Positions 44,858 through 53,807 of a stretch of 64,000 nucleotides of DNA are shown here, piece after piece. The stretch's first letter is position 1; each line of letters begins with the position of its first letter. The stretch is from the IMG/VR virus record IMGVR_UViG_2522125155_000001, positions 36,650 to 100,649 of that record; one strand, given 5' to 3'. The translations under genes were made by a program, and so were the position numbers. The DNA is from a virus (Duplodnaviria; Caudoviricetes). The notes below the pieces were generated by a model. That model was given only the letters and a program-made list of their open reading frames with translations, made no database searches and had not been told where the DNA came from.

Positions 44858-45097
44858 ATGGCACTGCGCGAGTGGGGCATCTGGACCGAGAACGACGGCG
44901 GCTTCATCGAGGCCCAGATCTACAGCACCGAGCAGGGCGAGGCCCGCCTCGTCGAGTACTTCGAGGAGGACCCCGACAACGTGGGTGACCTCTCGCTCGT
45001 CGAGATCTGCCCCGACCACGAGCAGCAGCCCAAGGACGCGTGTGAGGAGTGCGCAGCCGAAGAGACCGACGACGACGACGAGGAAGAGGAGGACTGA
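44858..45097 (+). CDS. Small acidic Zn-binding protein
   Basis: CPDHE......CEEC; acidic tail. Confidence 0.7.
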   Translation: MALREWGIWTENDGGFIEAQIYSTEQGEARLVEYFEEDPDNVGDLSLVEICPDHEQQPKDACEECAAEETDDDDEEEED

Positions 45098-45099
45098 GC

Positions 45100-45282
45100 A
45101 TGCTGGTCTGGACCGCCCTGAGCATGGCCCACGGCATCGCGAGCAACCCCGAGCACCACAACTACCCGCTCGACGACATGGTGGCCGCACACGAGCGTCT
45201 GGAGCGCTCGGAGAAGAACGACCACTACCAAGAGGAGATCGAGACCCTCGCCCGCGCCATCCGACTGACCGAGGAGGTCTGA
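45100..45282 (+). CDS. Hypothetical protein
   Basis: GGAGG SD. Confidence 0.6.
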   Translation: MLVWTALSMAHGIASNPEHHNYPLDDMVAAHERLERSEKNDHYQEEIETLARAIRLTEEV

Positions 45283-45284
45283 CC

Positions 45285-45470
45285 ATGGCTGAGACCACCA
45301 CCTGCCGCAAATGCGGGAAGCGCATCAGGTTCGAGAGCCCACACACGGGCTGGGTGGAGACGCTCTCCGGCGATGAGGGCGGCAACTACGACCTCTGCAT
45401 GAGCAACCAGCCGGACCTCGTCCACGTGCCCAAGCGCGCGACTCACGAGTTCGCCGCATACGACGACTGA
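45285..45470 (+). CDS. Small Zn-ribbon-like protein
   Basis: GGAGG SD; CRKCG...C......H. Confidence 0.65.
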   Translation: MAETTTCRKCGKRIRFESPHTGWVETLSGDEGGNYDLCMSNQPDLVHVPKRATHEFAAYDD

Positions 45471-45480
45471 CCACCACACA

Positions 45481-45518
45481 GCGAGAGCCCCCAGCCGAAT
45501 TGGCTAGGGGCTCTTCGC
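45481..45518 (+). terminator. Hairpin ending the small-gene array
   Basis: GAGCCCC(C)AGCC-gaatt-GGCTAGGGGCTC. Confidence 0.65.
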
Positions 45519-45742
45519 GTTATCGAGCGGGGATCTCGGCGGAGGAGAATGGTCCCAGCAGCACCAGCACACAGGGGGCCACCATGGCGCACATCCCAGA
45601 CGAGTCCGACTTCACCAGCCGCGCATTGCGCGACCGCCTCATTCAGGCACCTGCGTGGCCCGCTGAGCGCCCTTTGCCCCCTCCGACGACCACGGACACC
45701 CAGCAGCCCGTTTAATCGCCGTAAATGGGCGCACAGCGCTGA

Positions 45743-46030
45743 TTATCGGGGAATACGCACGGGCTTGTGGTGCGCGCGAAGAGGAGCGTTCAGGATCTCC
45801 ACTCCAGCACCCTCGTCCGCGAGCATGTAGACCCACACCCGCGCGTGCCCTGCAGCCCTCACGATGTGGGTCGAGATCTCGTCCGGCAGGGCCATGACCT
45901 GCGCGTAGTCGAGCGGCTGCCGCTGGTCCCCACGGGCCGCACGCTGTGGGTAGCGCGACTTCGCGTAGGGCGCTGAGACGAGCACGTCCACGGTGTCCCG
46001 TAGGCGTGGCTTCTCCTCGGTCGCGTTCAT
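45743..46030 (-). CDS. Hypothetical protein
   Basis: Follows lsr2 on - strand. Confidence 0.6.
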   Translation of the reverse strand: MNATEEKPRLRDTVDVLVSAPYAKSRYPQRAARGDQRQPLDYAQVMALPDEISTHIVRAAGHARVWVYMLADEGAGVEILNAPLRAHHKPVRIPR

Positions 46031-46038
46031 CGTGCGGC

Positions 46039-46380
46039 TCAGGCCGTCGCCTTCTCGAATTGCGCGCGGACGTCCTCTGGGATACGCCCCTTGGCACCGA
46101 CCGTCACACCCTCCTTGGCAGCCCACTCGCGAATTGCCGCCGCGTTGCCGTCGCTCTTCTTCGAGCCGCTCGGCTTGCTCGTCGACTTGCTCGCCTGCCT
46201 GATCGAGCCCGCCTTTCGAGCGTGCCCCACGAACGACGCCAAGGCCGCACGGAGCGCCTTAGCGTTCTTGTCGTTCAGGTCGATCTCGTAGGCCTTGCCG
46301 TCGAGCCCGAACGTCACGGTCTCGGTGGCGTCCGAGCCGTCGATGTCGTCGACCAGCAGGACTTCGATTTTCTGTGCCAT
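46039..46380 (-). CDS. lsr2: Lsr2 nucleoid-associated protein
   Basis: MAQK..V.LVDDIDG..A.ETVTFGLDG..YEIDL...NA; IREWA...G..V..KGRIP. Confidence 0.95.
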   Translation of the reverse strand: MAQKIEVLLVDDIDGSDATETVTFGLDGKAYEIDLNDKNAKALRAALASFVGHARKAGSIRQASKSTSKPSGSKKSDGNAAAIREWAAKEGVTVGAKGRIPEDVRAQFEKATA

Positions 46381-46473
46381 GGGATAACGCTCCTCTGCGC
46401 TGCGAATTGGGTCGCGACGAGATTACCCACATGCGCCTGATAAAGCACGCTCAGGGCGTCAGCAGCCCGCGTG

Positions 46474-46713
46474 TCACGCGTACGCGAGCACGACACGGAG
46501 CGATTTCGGGCGGGATGAGAGGTCCTCCAGTTGCGGCACCACCCACACCCCCATACGGTCGACGAGCAACCGGTCGGCCTGCAGCCCCCGGCCCACGCGC
46601 TGACCCCCTTCCCAGCCGCGCGGTCCGGGGGTTGCCGTCGTCACCAGTCGCTGTCCTCGGCCCACGCGCTGACCCCCTTCCCAGCCGCGCGGTCCGGGGG
46701 TTGCCGTCGTCAC
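46474..46713 (-). CDS. Possible small protein carrying a 23-aa duplication
   Basis: GTGA-coupled to upstream ORF; atypical codon use. Confidence 0.35.
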   Translation of the reverse strand: MTTATPGPRGWEGGQRVGRGQRLVTTATPGPRGWEGGQRVGRGLQADRLLVDRMGVWVVPQLEDLSSRPKSLRVVLAYA

Positions 46714-46729
46714 CAGTCGCTGTCCTCGG
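46589..46729. repeat. Perfect 69-bp tandem duplication
   Basis: Unit starts at 46589 and 46658. Confidence 0.9.
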
Positions 46730-46868
46730 GCACCCGGTCGTGCACCTCGCGCTGGTAGGTCCAGAACATCGAGGCCCACACGGTGCGCCCCTCGTGCTCC
46801 CGGAACCACCGGTACGAGTCCCACCAGAACGACGCCCGCAGGCTGACCTCACGCCACCTCTTGCCCAT
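46710..46868 (-). CDS. Small Trp-rich protein
   Basis: MGKRWREVSLRASFWW...; 52 aa. Confidence 0.45.
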   Translation of the reverse strand: MGKRWREVSLRASFWWDSYRWFREHEGRTVWASMFWTYQREVHDRVPEDSDW

Positions 46869-47019
46869 GCTGCACAGCGTAGGGCGAGGAGCCCCCCGAA
46901 CAGATTTCGGGCGAGGCTGAGAGGTCCTCCAGCACCACCACTCCCATACAGCACACCACCGAGCGCCATGGCACCGACAGCCCTCCCGGCCACTGGCTGC
47001 ACGCTCAGCGTGCGCTGTG

Positions 47020-47465
47020 CATTTACATGCGATTAATGCGTGAATACATTCATGAGTTGCTACTGACAATTCGAATATGTGTAGGATCAGGGCACAATCG
47101 CGGAGTCTCAATAATCGGAATATGTGCAGTGGTCGATTTACTCGATAATCGCGATAACTCACATATGAGATAATGGCGATAACTCACAATTGGTATGGCC
47201 GAAAGCCTTGACACGCGGCGATAAGCATGCGTCCCCCCTGCGAATGTGCTGATAAGGTTCATTATGTTCGATTGCTCGGCGGTTGCATCCACATCCGATG
47301 TGTGCATCATGGGATCTGGGCTTGACAACCACATCGTCGGTGTGCCTTGCAAGCGTGGGCTCATACCAGATATGAGTTGCGGCTATCGAAGAAATGCACC
47401 TGAAATGCATTTAAATATACCCGAGGGGGGTACCCTTAAACGCGCCGCGCTGGGGGGAGGGGCCT
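47020..47465. other. AT-rich non-coding island at a transcription divergence point, candidate origin or packaging/terminus region
   Basis: Sharp GC drop; 20-mer direct repeats at 47144 and 47169; GGGGGGTACCC and G-runs at right edge. Confidence 0.55.
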
Positions 47466-47609
47466 GATGACTCGCGAGACTCGAACCCATACGCGTACGG
47501 GACAGTGGTCGGAAGGGGCTGGCGCACAGGGAAATCGGGGGAATTGGGGGAGTCGGGGCACTGGGGAGCACGAGGGCCGACAAGTGGTTCGCGTGATACG
47601 GTTGCGGGC

Positions 47610-47879
47610 ATGACCAAGACGAAGCACTGCTCGCGCTGCGACACGACCAAGCCCATCGACGAGTTCTACGCGAACAAGGCCACAGCCGACGGCGTTCAGA
47701 CGTACTGCAAGGCGTGCTGGAAGACCTACCGGAGCAAGCGCTGGCACGCGGGCGAGCGGGAGTCGCAGTACGCGTGGCGTCGGGCAAACATCGAGAAGGT
47801 GTGTGAGTACAACCGACGCGCTGGCATCAAGTACCGCGCGAAGAAGCGCGCGGCTGCCACTGCAAAGCACATCGACTGA
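47610..47879 (+). CDS. Zn-finger protein (type seen N-terminal in HNH/EndoVII nucleases), no nuclease domain
   Basis: KHCSRC.TTKP.DEFY......DG.QTYCKAC. Confidence 0.75.
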   Translation: MTKTKHCSRCDTTKPIDEFYANKATADGVQTYCKACWKTYRSKRWHAGERESQYAWRRANIEKVCEYNRRAGIKYRAKKRAAATAKHID

Positions 47880-47919
47880 ACGACTTGACGGCCCATAAAT
47901 CACCTGTCACCATAGGAAT

Positions 47920-48231
47920 ATGAGCGATTTTGAGCCGGGCGTGGCGCAGCCCACGACGACAGACCGGGCGGATGCCTACAAGGAACTGATCCTGCGGCAC
48001 TTCGGGCCCAAGCACGGCACGTGGCGCATCAGCATGGGGACGCTGCTCCCGGAACTGCTGAAGGCGGTGGACGTCGAGCGGGCTGAGGCGCTGGAGGATT
48101 TCGCGGCTGGCGAGAACACCGGCGACTACGGCTACGGCGATCAGGGCAGCGGCTGGTACGAGCGCTCGGCCGAGTCGGTGCTCGACGCGGCACGCAGCAT
48201 GGCCGACACGATCCGGGAGGGGAAGAAGTGA
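47920..48231 (+). CDS. Hypothetical protein, probably leaderless
   Basis: TTGACG-17-CACCAT, ATG at +7. Confidence 0.7.
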   Translation: MSDFEPGVAQPTTTDRADAYKELILRHFGPKHGTWRISMGTLLPELLKAVDVERAEALEDFAAGENTGDYGYGDQGSGWYERSAESVLDAARSMADTIREGKK

Positions 48232-48608
48232 GCGACGACAGGATGAGCGCGGAGATCCAAGAGGCCATCGAGCAGGAGCGGGAGGCTGAGGCGCTGGAGA
48301 CGGCGCTGCTCGGCAAGACGACCCCGCCGGAGAAGCACGTGCACCCCGACCCGCTGACGGCGCTGCGGGACCGGTTCCTCGAACTGAGTGACGAGGTCGA
48401 GGGGGTGTTCGACCGGACGTTCGCGCTGCTGCACGAGGCCAAGCCGAAGTACGAGTACGCCCACCTGTACATCCTGAGTCGGGAGGTGCTCGACGACGAG
48501 CGCTACGAGACGCCGGAGCAGGCCACGCGCGCGTTGTCGGCATGGACGAAGCCCCACCACTACAGGGTCGTGCGCCGACCGAAGCCGCAGGAATGGGAGG
48601 AGATCTGA
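48228..48608 (+). CDS. Hypothetical protein
   Basis: GTGA coupling. Confidence 0.7.
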   Translation: MSDDRMSAEIQEAIEQEREAEALETALLGKTTPPEKHVHPDPLTALRDRFLELSDEVEGVFDRTFALLHEAKPKYEYAHLYILSREVLDDERYETPEQATRALSAWTKPHHYRVVRRPKPQEWEEI

Positions 48609-49198
48609 TGGGCATCGGAGACAAGCAGCGCATGGAGGACGAGCGTTACCTGAAGTACTCCGAGGCGATCCACAAGGACGACAGGGTCCGGAGCGCCGTC
48701 GACCGGGTGCTGGCGCTGGTGGATGCTGAGACCGAGCCGCTGCAGGAGCAGATCGAGGCCGACGGCATGCGGATCGCGAGCCTGATGGGGCAGTCGCAGG
48801 CGCTGCGTGACCTGCGGGAGGGCGTCGCGGCGCTGTCGAGCCGGTTCGAGCGCGAGGGCATCACATGCGAGTGCGGGCACTTCGTGGGCAGCGACCACAA
48901 CGGGCTCGGCTGCTACGCGAGGCTGTCGTACCAGCCGGTGCTCGTGACGTGCCCCTGCAAACTGACCGACGACCAAGACGAGTCCGAGATCGTCGCGAAG
49001 GCCATCCGGGCCCTCCTCGACGAGACCCCCGAGCCGGAGTACGACTACACCTTCGTGAGCACCGACGGCTACGTGTCTGGCATGCGCTACGACACGGTCG
49101 AGGCGGCTCAGAAGGCGCTGGACGACCTGAAGCGCCCGCACGACTGGCAGATCGCGCGCCGCCGCAAGGCCGGACCGTGGGAGGTCGTCGGTGCCTAA
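48608..49198 (+). CDS. Hypothetical protein with Cys/His module
   Basis: CECGH....H....C...CPC; TGATG coupling. Confidence 0.72.
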   Translation: MGIGDKQRMEDERYLKYSEAIHKDDRVRSAVDRVLALVDAETEPLQEQIEADGMRIASLMGQSQALRDLREGVAALSSRFEREGITCECGHFVGSDHNGLGCYARLSYQPVLVTCPCKLTDDQDESEIVAKAIRALLDETPEPEYDYTFVSTDGYVSGMRYDTVEAAQKALDDLKRPHDWQIARRRKAGPWEVVGA

Positions 49199-49382
49199 CG
49201 TGCGACACACGCCCAAGCGGCGTCGCGCAGCGTGCCCGGGCTGCGGCCGGGACGTCGCCTACACGACCCCGTACTTCCGGGACACCGAGAGCGTGGCCGC
49301 GAGGGTCTACGGGGACAAGAAGATCTTCGTGCGCCACAACACCCCGGATGGTCAGCCGTGCTCGGGGAAGGAGACCAAGTGA
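49191..49382 (+). CDS. Small Zn-binding protein
   Basis: CPGCGR...RH....G.PCSG. Confidence 0.65.
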   Translation: MPNVRHTPKRRRAACPGCGRDVAYTTPYFRDTESVAARVYGDKKIFVRHNTPDGQPCSGKETK

Positions 49383-49531
49383 GCGCGTTCATCGACACCA
49401 AGCGCCTCATCGTGGACTGGCACCGCCGCCCGCGTCCGGACGGTCGCCGATTCAGGGTTCGCCGCAACCGCCGAGCCGGGTCGGTCTATGTGCAGGTGCT
49501 CCGGCTGGAGATCGTGGTGTGGTACCGATGA
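49379..49531 (+). CDS. Small basic protein
   Basis: AAGGAG SD; coupling both sides. Confidence 0.55.
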   Translation: MSAFIDTKRLIVDWHRRPRPDGRRFRVRRNRRAGSVYVQVLRLEIVVWYR

Positions 49532-49725
49532 GCGGCGTACGCATGCGCGCGGACCACTGCAAGTGCGAGCACTGCGAGGGCAGCGGGTACATCGACGTCG
49601 TGGAGGTCCGCAAGGTCGACCAAGGCTACGGCCACAAGTCGAAGCACGCCTTCAAGGAGTCGTACCCGTGCGGTCATTGCGACGGGCTTGGGTACACGTT
49701 CTGCTACCACACGGATACCACCTGA
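49528..49725 (+). CDS. Small protein with DnaJ-like Zn-finger repeats
   Basis: CEHCEGSG...CGHCDGLG. Confidence 0.65.
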   Translation: MSGVRMRADHCKCEHCEGSGYIDVVEVRKVDQGYGHKSKHAFKESYPCGHCDGLGYTFCYHTDTT

Positions 49726-49791
49726 CAAGCAGTACAATCGCTCCGGTTGCTCACGGGACACTAGGGAGAGCATTCAGCCCTAGGAGTCACC

Positions 49792-50034
49792 GTGAGCAAC
49801 CGCCGATCACACAGCCGCTACACCGCGCCCACCGGGCTGCCACAGGTCAGTCGAGAGGACTCCGGGCAGACGTACTCGGGGCAGGACCACACCGGCGCGG
49901 CGTTCAAGCCGCTGCTGCCGGACGCGTGGCGGAACCAGTTGCGCGGCCCCAGTCAGTCGGTCGCCGTGTCGGGCAAGGATCGCGGCCCGGTCGGCCGGGT
50001 GCTGTCGCGGCTGCAGTTCGGGGGTGCCGCATGA
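49792..50034 (+). CDS. Hypothetical protein
   Basis: AGGAG SD before GTG. Confidence 0.6.
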   Translation: MSNRRSHSRYTAPTGLPQVSREDSGQTYSGQDHTGAAFKPLLPDAWRNQLRGPSQSVAVSGKDRGPVGRVLSRLQFGGAA

Positions 50035-50645
50035 GCAACCTGAGCCCCCAGCAGTTTCGGTACGAGCCCGAGGCGACGAAGATCGACCTCGGAACGCACC
50101 ACCTGAACGCGTCGTTCGACCGTCAGGAGCGCACCAAGTCTGAGCGCGCGCACCGGGTCGGCGTGGAGCCCGCTCCGGACGGCTACTACCACCAGCCGCC
50201 GAGCGGCCTCCGCCAGCAGGCGCTCCCGGGCATGGAGATGTCGGTGCAGGACCACCTCGACGCCCTGAGCAAGGCCTCCGGCCACGAGGCGCGGATCGAC
50301 AGCGGCAAGGTCAGCCACCGCCTGTCGCTGTACGACGTCTCCGAAGGGGCCCGCTACGGCGGCACGGAGAAGGCGCACCTCTCCTACAGCAACGAGCGCC
50401 CCGAGGAGGGCGTCCGCGACAACAACGACACCATCGGCGTCGGCCACGTGAACGCCTACCACGCGGGCGAGATCCGGATGGTCAAGTCCCACGTGCCCAA
50501 CGGCGCAGGCATGATGCTGGAGACGGCAGAGCGCCTCGCGTCCGAGCACGGCATGGCCTACCCGAAGCACTCGTGGGACCGTTCCGTGCAGGGCGTCCAG
50601 TGGTCGCAGGGGCAGATGCGCAAACGCGGCGAAAAGGTCTGGTAG
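50031..50645 (+). CDS. Hypothetical protein, possible degenerate GNAT-like C-terminal domain
   Basis: GEIRMV...G..M...A...PKHS.DRS.QG..W pattern. Confidence 0.6.
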   Translation: MSNLSPQQFRYEPEATKIDLGTHHLNASFDRQERTKSERAHRVGVEPAPDGYYHQPPSGLRQQALPGMEMSVQDHLDALSKASGHEARIDSGKVSHRLSLYDVSEGARYGGTEKAHLSYSNERPEEGVRDNNDTIGVGHVNAYHAGEIRMVKSHVPNGAGMMLETAERLASEHGMAYPKHSWDRSVQGVQWSQGQMRKRGEKVW

Positions 50646-50661
50646 CACGTACACTCCCTCC

Positions 50662-50877
50662 ATGGACACAGGGGTGCGTGCAGTGGCGGGCGTGTTGACG
50701 GTGATCGGTCTGGCAGCGGGCATGGTGTCCTGCAACGCCGACCGGCCGGAGGCCCCGAAGCCGGGCTACCAAGAGCGCTGCGAGTCGTGGGGCGGGACCT
50801 ACGTGCAGGCACCCATGAACGGGGGAGCCGGGCGGTGCCTGAACCCCGACGGGCAGGAGATGGGTTTCGCGCTGTAG
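50662..50877 (+). CDS. Putative lipoprotein, leaderless
   Basis: TACACT -10, ATG at +7; hydrophobic signal ending VSC. Confidence 0.6.
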   Translation: MDTGVRAVAGVLTVIGLAAGMVSCNADRPEAPKPGYQERCESWGGTYVQAPMNGGAGRCLNPDGQEMGFAL

Positions 50878-50916
50878 TCGCTGGACGGCAACCGGATCGA
50901 CTGGTACGGTTGTCAC

Positions 50917-51588
50917 ATGCAACGACCGACTGAAGACCCGACCACCGACGCTGACGGCTGGGAGCACCACCCGGCCTTCGGCTCGATCACCGCCCACCGG
51001 ATCAGCACGACCCCGGGCGCGGTGCTCTTCGACTCCGAGATCCGCCACACGTACTTCGTGCGGGTGACCATCTCCCCGATGCAGCGCAAGCGCGACCTCA
51101 ACCGCGACTGGCTTCACACCGGCAACCGGCCGCTGATGGAGGTCGACATGTCCGAGGCCCAGTGGGCGTCGTTCGTGTCCTCGATGAACACCTCCGGGGT
51201 GCCGTGCACGATCCGCACCAAGGAGAACGACCACAACATCCCCAACCTGCCGTTCGACGCCCGGCTGGCCCTGAGCGCCAAGGAGACGCAGGACGCTGCT
51301 CAGCACGCGTTCGAGGGCATCAAGGAGGCGATGGACGCGCTGGAGGCCCTCCCGAGCAACGCCGGTGTCAAGGCCCGCCGCGAGGCCATGCGTCGACTGC
51401 ACTTCGCCATCGAGAACGCCCCGAAGAACGTCGAGTTCGCCGCGAAGTCCCTGACCGAGCACACCGAGAACGTCGTCCAGAAGGCCCGGGCCGACATCGA
51501 GGCCATGGTCGTGTCCCGCGCGCAGGCGCTGGGCGTCGAGCCCTCGCAGATCGTCCGGGAGATCACGGCCGGAGGCGAGGATGCCTGA
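50917..51588 (+). CDS. Hypothetical phage protein
   Basis: HPAFG...LFDSEI.H...EVDMSEAQWASFVSSMN.SGVPCTI. Confidence 0.8.
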   Translation: MQRPTEDPTTDADGWEHHPAFGSITAHRISTTPGAVLFDSEIRHTYFVRVTISPMQRKRDLNRDWLHTGNRPLMEVDMSEAQWASFVSSMNTSGVPCTIRTKENDHNIPNLPFDARLALSAKETQDAAQHAFEGIKEAMDALEALPSNAGVKARREAMRRLHFAIENAPKNVEFAAKSLTEHTENVVQKARADIEAMVVSRAQALGVEPSQIVREITAGGEDA

Positions 51589-51931
51589 CTACACCGACAC
51601 CGAACTGAAGGTCGCGCGGCTCTACGCCGAGGAGCGCTGGATGAACCTCGACGCATCGTTCAGTGTCCGCTACGGCGCGGGAGTGCACCACGCGCGCCAG
51701 TACGGGAAGCAGGACATCCTCGACAACATCAGGAAGGCGCGAGAGGCCCTGAAGCCCGAGCCCAAGACGCTCCTGTTCCACCCGCGTCACGCCGAGCAGT
51801 TCGCCCTCTACGGCTCGCTCCTGAGGGAGTTGGGCTACACGGTGTCGACGAGCCCCGCCTGCCCCGAGGACACCGCCTACACCTTCCCCACCCGACTGAC
51901 CGAACTGCCGAAGGAGGAGACCGATGCCTGA
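51581..51931 (+). CDS. Hypothetical protein
   Basis: GGAGG SD; operon packing. Confidence 0.68.
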   Translation: MPDYTDTELKVARLYAEERWMNLDASFSVRYGAGVHHARQYGKQDILDNIRKAREALKPEPKTLLFHPRHAEQFALYGSLLRELGYTVSTSPACPEDTAYTFPTRLTELPKEETDA

Positions 51932-52220
51932 GAGCCACCCCAACAGCCCGCTCGGGCCGGGGGAGAAGTCGCTGCTCGCCGACCTCTACGCCGCAGACCA
52001 GCGTGTGCAGACACTCCGAGCCCAGATCCTCGCGACCCGGGACCTCGTCGAGGCGCAGCACCCCGTGCTGACCAACGTCACGAAGGGCTGCTGCGCGCCG
52101 CCCAAACTGTGCAACGGCCACGCCGACGAGTGCGGGGGGTCCCACGACTTTCTGAACCGTCCGCCGTGGCCCTGCCGGGACCTCCGCGCGCTGCGCGAGG
52201 CGCTGAAGGAGATCCCGTGA
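51924..52220 (+). CDS. Hypothetical Cys-rich protein
   Basis: H...C..C....WPC pattern. Confidence 0.68.
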   Translation: MPESHPNSPLGPGEKSLLADLYAADQRVQTLRAQILATRDLVEAQHPVLTNVTKGCCAPPKLCNGHADECGGSHDFLNRPPWPCRDLRALREALKEIP

Positions 52221-52717
52221 AGCCCCTGCTGTTCCTCGACGTGGACGGCGTGCTCAACATCCTCCCGGGGGTGCTGAAGGCCAAGAAGGCCCCGCCCACG
52301 GGCTTCCACGAGGCGCGCGTCGACCTGCGCAACGGGGACCTGCGCACCGTGCTCATCAACGAGGAAATCGGCGAAGGGCTCCGGTCGCTCAGCGACGACG
52401 TCGAGATCCGCTGGGTGTCGCACTGGAACAGCCGGGCCAACCTCCTCGGCAAGATGCTCGGCCTGCCCCGGTGCACCTTCGTGGCCATCAGTCCGTGGAT
52501 GGGTGGGTCCAAGGCACCAACGATCTTCTACGAGATCGGAACGCGGAGCCCCAAGCGCCCGGCCATCTGGGTCGACGACGAGTGCACCTCCGACGACGTC
52601 TTCCAGATGCAGATCCGGATCTCCAGCCCGTTCTCGGCGCTCCGGACCGATCCGGCCGTCGGTCTGCGGCTGCAGGACATCGAACTCATCCGTTCCGAGT
52701 TCGCGCTTTTGGGCTAA
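52217..52717 (+). CDS. HAD-domain protein (Swiss-army-knife RNA-repair-type HAD)
   Basis: KPLLFLDVDGVLN, WVSHW, K, IWVDD, DP.VGL. Confidence 0.8.
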   Translation: MKPLLFLDVDGVLNILPGVLKAKKAPPTGFHEARVDLRNGDLRTVLINEEIGEGLRSLSDDVEIRWVSHWNSRANLLGKMLGLPRCTFVAISPWMGGSKAPTIFYEIGTRSPKRPAIWVDDECTSDDVFQMQIRISSPFSALRTDPAVGLRLQDIELIRSEFALLG

Positions 52718-52790
52718 TTTTGCCCCCGCGCGTGAAGTACAACAACCCAACCACTTGACAACGCCGACACGAGGAAGCGACAATTTCTGC

Positions 52791-53159
52791 ATGACCGACC
52801 CGACCATCCTCCCGCGACCGATCCAGCAGGCTGATCTCGCGCGCACCGACCACGTCCACGACGACATGGGCGTGTGCATCAAGAACCGCTACGCCGAGCG
52901 CTGCGCGCCCTTCTACTGCGAGAAGTGCCACCACCCGAGCGGCTACCACGACCCTGAGCGTGGCTGCACGATGCCGATCAACCACCGGGGGCTGCCCGCC
53001 AACGCCGGGGATCCCTCGCGCCCGTGCGCGTGCGGTCGGCCGCGCGACCTGCTCGTCGAGGACATCATCAACTTCGCCGAGGAGCGTCTCGGGATCGACC
53101 TGCTCCCGTGGCAGAAGACCCTCATGCGGGCCGTGCTCGGCGAGATGGAGGAGATCTGA
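52791..53159 (+). CDS. Cys/His-rich protein, leaderless
   Basis: TTGACA-18-GACAAT, ATG at +7. Confidence 0.7.
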   Translation: MTDPTILPRPIQQADLARTDHVHDDMGVCIKNRYAERCAPFYCEKCHHPSGYHDPERGCTMPINHRGLPANAGDPSRPCACGRPRDLLVEDIINFAEERLGIDLLPWQKTLMRAVLGEMEEI

Positions 53160-53308
53160 TGTTCCCCCGGATCAAGCGCCAGCACCGGCGCTACTGCCCC
53201 CGCTACCGCAGCATCTTCCGACGCTGCATCTGCAACAAGACCCCCGCTCGCCCCTTCGAGATCCACCCGAACTGGCACGAGCGGCTACCCATCGAGGAGG
53301 ACCGGTGA
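53159..53308 (+). CDS. Small basic Cys protein
   Basis: TGATG coupling; H..YCP...CIC. Confidence 0.55.
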   Translation: MFPRIKRQHRRYCPRYRSIFRRCICNKTPARPFEIHPNWHERLPIEEDR

Positions 53309-53556
53309 AGCGCATGCTCGCCATCGACTTCGGCATCCCCAAGCCCGCCCCCGCGCGGGAGGAGGAGTTCGACGTGACCCTGTTCTACGACGGCTTCCAC
53401 CTGAAGCGCCGGGTCACCGCCAAGACCCACTTCGACGCGCTCGACGTCGCCCACGCGGCCGAGAGGGCTGGCGACCCCGCCGTCCCCCGGCTCTACCGTG
53501 CGGGCAACGCCTCGCGCGTTCATGGCAAGGCCGCGCGGCAGGAGGCCTTCGCGTGA
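53305..53556 (+). CDS. Hypothetical protein
   Basis: GGAGG SD; GTGA coupling. Confidence 0.62.
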   Translation: MKRMLAIDFGIPKPAPAREEEFDVTLFYDGFHLKRRVTAKTHFDALDVAHAAERAGDPAVPRLYRAGNASRVHGKAARQEAFA

Positions 53557-53807
53557 AGATCCACGCCACCTTCATCAGCCGCAAGGACGCACCGAAGGTC
53601 CCGGAACTCGTGGTCGCGTGGGACGAGTACGCCATCGACGAGGCCCCCGACGCCTACGCCAAGGACGTGGAGACCTCGATCCGGGTCTGCGGCGACGACG
53701 TGCACGCCCACGCGACCGTGGTGATCGTCATCCCCGAGTCGCAGGTCGTCGAGATCCTCAACCGGCGCGTCGTCCTCTACTCAGGCGACATCAAGGAGGC
53801 CTCGTGA
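53553..53807 (+). CDS. Hypothetical protein
   Basis: GGAGG SD; PELV.AWDEY motif. Confidence 0.7.
   Translation: MKIHATFISRKDAPKVPELVVAWDEYAIDEAPDAYAKDVETSIRVCGDDVHAHATVVIVIPESQVVEILNRRVVLYSGDIKEAS

Noticed and set aside
47464-47490. Hammerhead ribozyme (CTGATGA core)
   Set aside because: No GAAA after a stem II and no stems I/III.
47464-47530. tRNA on the - strand (GGGTTCGAGTCTC resembles a T-loop)
   Set aside because: No matching acceptor stem, D-arm or anticodon arm could be folded.
49723-49740. Twelfth promoter cassette (TGACAAGCAG at a stop codon)
   Set aside because: Lacks TTCG; the +24 position reads TTGCTC rather than TTGAC, so at most a degenerate copy.
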